DNA of 46,131 nt from assembly GCA_964588875.1 (NCBI GenBank), contig CAZPRE010000001.1, forward strand, positions 1 through 46,131, given 5' to 3'. Position numbers and translations under genes: made by a program. This document shows, one piece after another, positions 45,249-46,131 of this stretch. Below the pieces are notes generated by a model that saw nothing but the letters and a program-made list of their open reading frames with translations, searched no databases and was not told the DNA's origin. This DNA comes from an uncultured Sulfurimonas sp. (GTDB lineage Bacteria; Campylobacterota; Campylobacteria; Campylobacterales; Sulfurimonadaceae). How positions within the stretch are numbered: position 1 is the stretch's first letter; every line of letters begins with the position of its first letter.

Positions 45249-45399
45249 TTATGGTAATTTTATCGTAAACTGAGCGCCATCGTTTATATTTTGCACATAA
45301 ATTTGACCATTCATATGTGTTTGGATTATTATTCTGCTCATATAAAGCCCCAAACCTGTACCATTTTTCTCACCCTTAGTGCTAAAGGTCTTCGAATAT
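45249..45399 (-). pseudogene. C-terminal sliver of a sensor histidine kinase (HATPase_c)
   Basis: IFE / frameshift / [45 protein letters not shown]. These are the F and G2 boxes; there is no upstream gene body. Confidence 0.8.
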
Positions 45400-45415
45400 A
45401 ACCATTCTTTATGAG

Positions 45416-46131
45416 TTATTTGTTAATTTTAAATTGGTACATTAAAATCGAAGCGGCTACTCCAACGTTAAAACTCCTAACCTCTCCACTCATCTCAATC
45501 TCAACGCATGCATCACAAACATCTATAATCTCTTTAGAGAGCCCTTTACCCTCATGTCCCATCAATACAACCCATTTTTTTGGTACAACAATATCTTTAA
45601 GTTTAATGGCATTTGAATCAACTTCCGCTGCAAAAATCTTGTATCCTGTTTTTTGCAGTAATTTGATTGTAGTAACAATATCTTTGTATATATTATATTT
45701 TAGCTTTGAGATATGCCCCATTGAAACGCGAAGAGACCTACGAGAGTATGGATGTGGTGCATCAGTTGGCACAAGATAAGAGTTTACACCAAGTGCAGCT
45801 GCACTTCTTGCGATAGAACCAATATTTTCAGTCGAAGTAATCGAATCTAGCATAATTATATTATCATCTAATTCTTCAAGAAGTGTCTCCTTTGGACGAA
45901 TACCATGAAGCATACAGTTATGATGGATTTTATGACCTACAATATTTTGCATCTCCTGTTTATCCACCACATAAAGATTCTCAATCTCTCTTTTACTTAC
46001 TAAGTCTTTAAACTCTTCATAGTACTCTTTGGTAGCTAAGATACTTTTTACCTCTATATCACTCTCTAGAATGATGTTAACTACCTTTGGACTGTCGGCT
46101 ATAAAACTACCATCTTCTTTAAACGCGGTGT
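45416..46131 (-). CDS. TrmH/SpoU family RNA 2'-O-methyltransferase; 5' end outside the window
   Basis: [31 protein letters not shown]. The frame stays open from 45970 to the window edge. Confidence 0.9.
   Translation of the reverse strand, partial: TAFKEDGSFIADSPKVVNIILESDIEVKSILATKEYYEEFKDLVSKREIENLYVVDKQEMQNIVGHKIHHNCMLHGIRPKETLLEELDDNIIMLDSITSTENIGSIARSAAALGVNSYLVPTDAPHPYSRRSLRVSMGHISKLKYNIYKDIVTTIKLLQKTGYKIFAAEVDSNAIKLKDIVVPKKWVVLMGHEGKGLSKEIIDVCDACVEIEMSGEVRSFNVGVAASILMYQFKINK

Larger units (their letters stand above)
770..46128. repeat. Dispersed over-represented octamer AAACGCGG/CCGCGTTT (at least 21 copies)
   Basis: Plus strand: 770, 2657, 15692, 21765, 21926, 22214, 22742, 34245, 40646, 44815, 44980, 46121. 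Minus strand: 7137, 21996, 23150, 27469, 28188, 28422, 33511, 41764, 43667. Counted by eye. Confidence 0.8.

Noticed and set aside
750-45779. Short antisense or overlapping ORFs in the track (e.g. 750-941, 3886-4119, 7465-7764, 23780-24055, 35144-35443, 40369-40794, 45411-45779)
   Set aside because: They are shadows of well-supported genes and show no recognisable motifs.
770-46128. AAACGCGG as a Chi or KOPS site
   Set aside because: The 12:9 strand split across the window shows no clear polarity. This needs genome-wide confirmation.

Overview
AT-rich chromosomal window from a Campylobacterota (epsilonproteobacterial) genome, most likely Sulfurimonas. This is inferred from gene content and protein style, not from a search. 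Left to right it contains: the 5' end of a Tat-exported TMAO/DMSO-type molybdoenzyme divergent from a porin; trkAH; arsC, dCMP deaminase, a SurA-like chaperone and gltX; an ABC exporter; an atypical ADP-ribosylglycohydrolase; an RNase HI/class D beta-lactamase/mutY run; an ABC-F protein; a miniaturised mazEF pair; czcD; a Cu/Ag cusCBA operon ending in a KCG-repeat lipoprotein; a LolD/LolE/LolA-like/beta-barrel export operon; a Cache-GGDEF cyclase; an operon of a KCG-repeat secreted peptide, a Tat small subunit and a GMC flavoprotein; octa- and pentaheme cytochromes; sorAB; dbpA and trmH. I saw no tRNA, rRNA, CRISPR array or intact transposase. Three highlights. (1) The KCG-peptide/GMC operon shares a near-identical promoter module with cusCBA (TACACA-N4-CTACACGCTA-N6-TAnAAT), and its GMC enzyme lacks both canonical catalytic residues. 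It is a candidate undescribed periplasmic copper system. (2) The octamer AAACGCGG occurs at least 21 times, on both strands and in five reading-frame contexts, like a DNA-uptake or HIP1-type signal. (3) Many intergenic regions hold internally deleted gene slivers. All family assignments come from motif recognition by eye.
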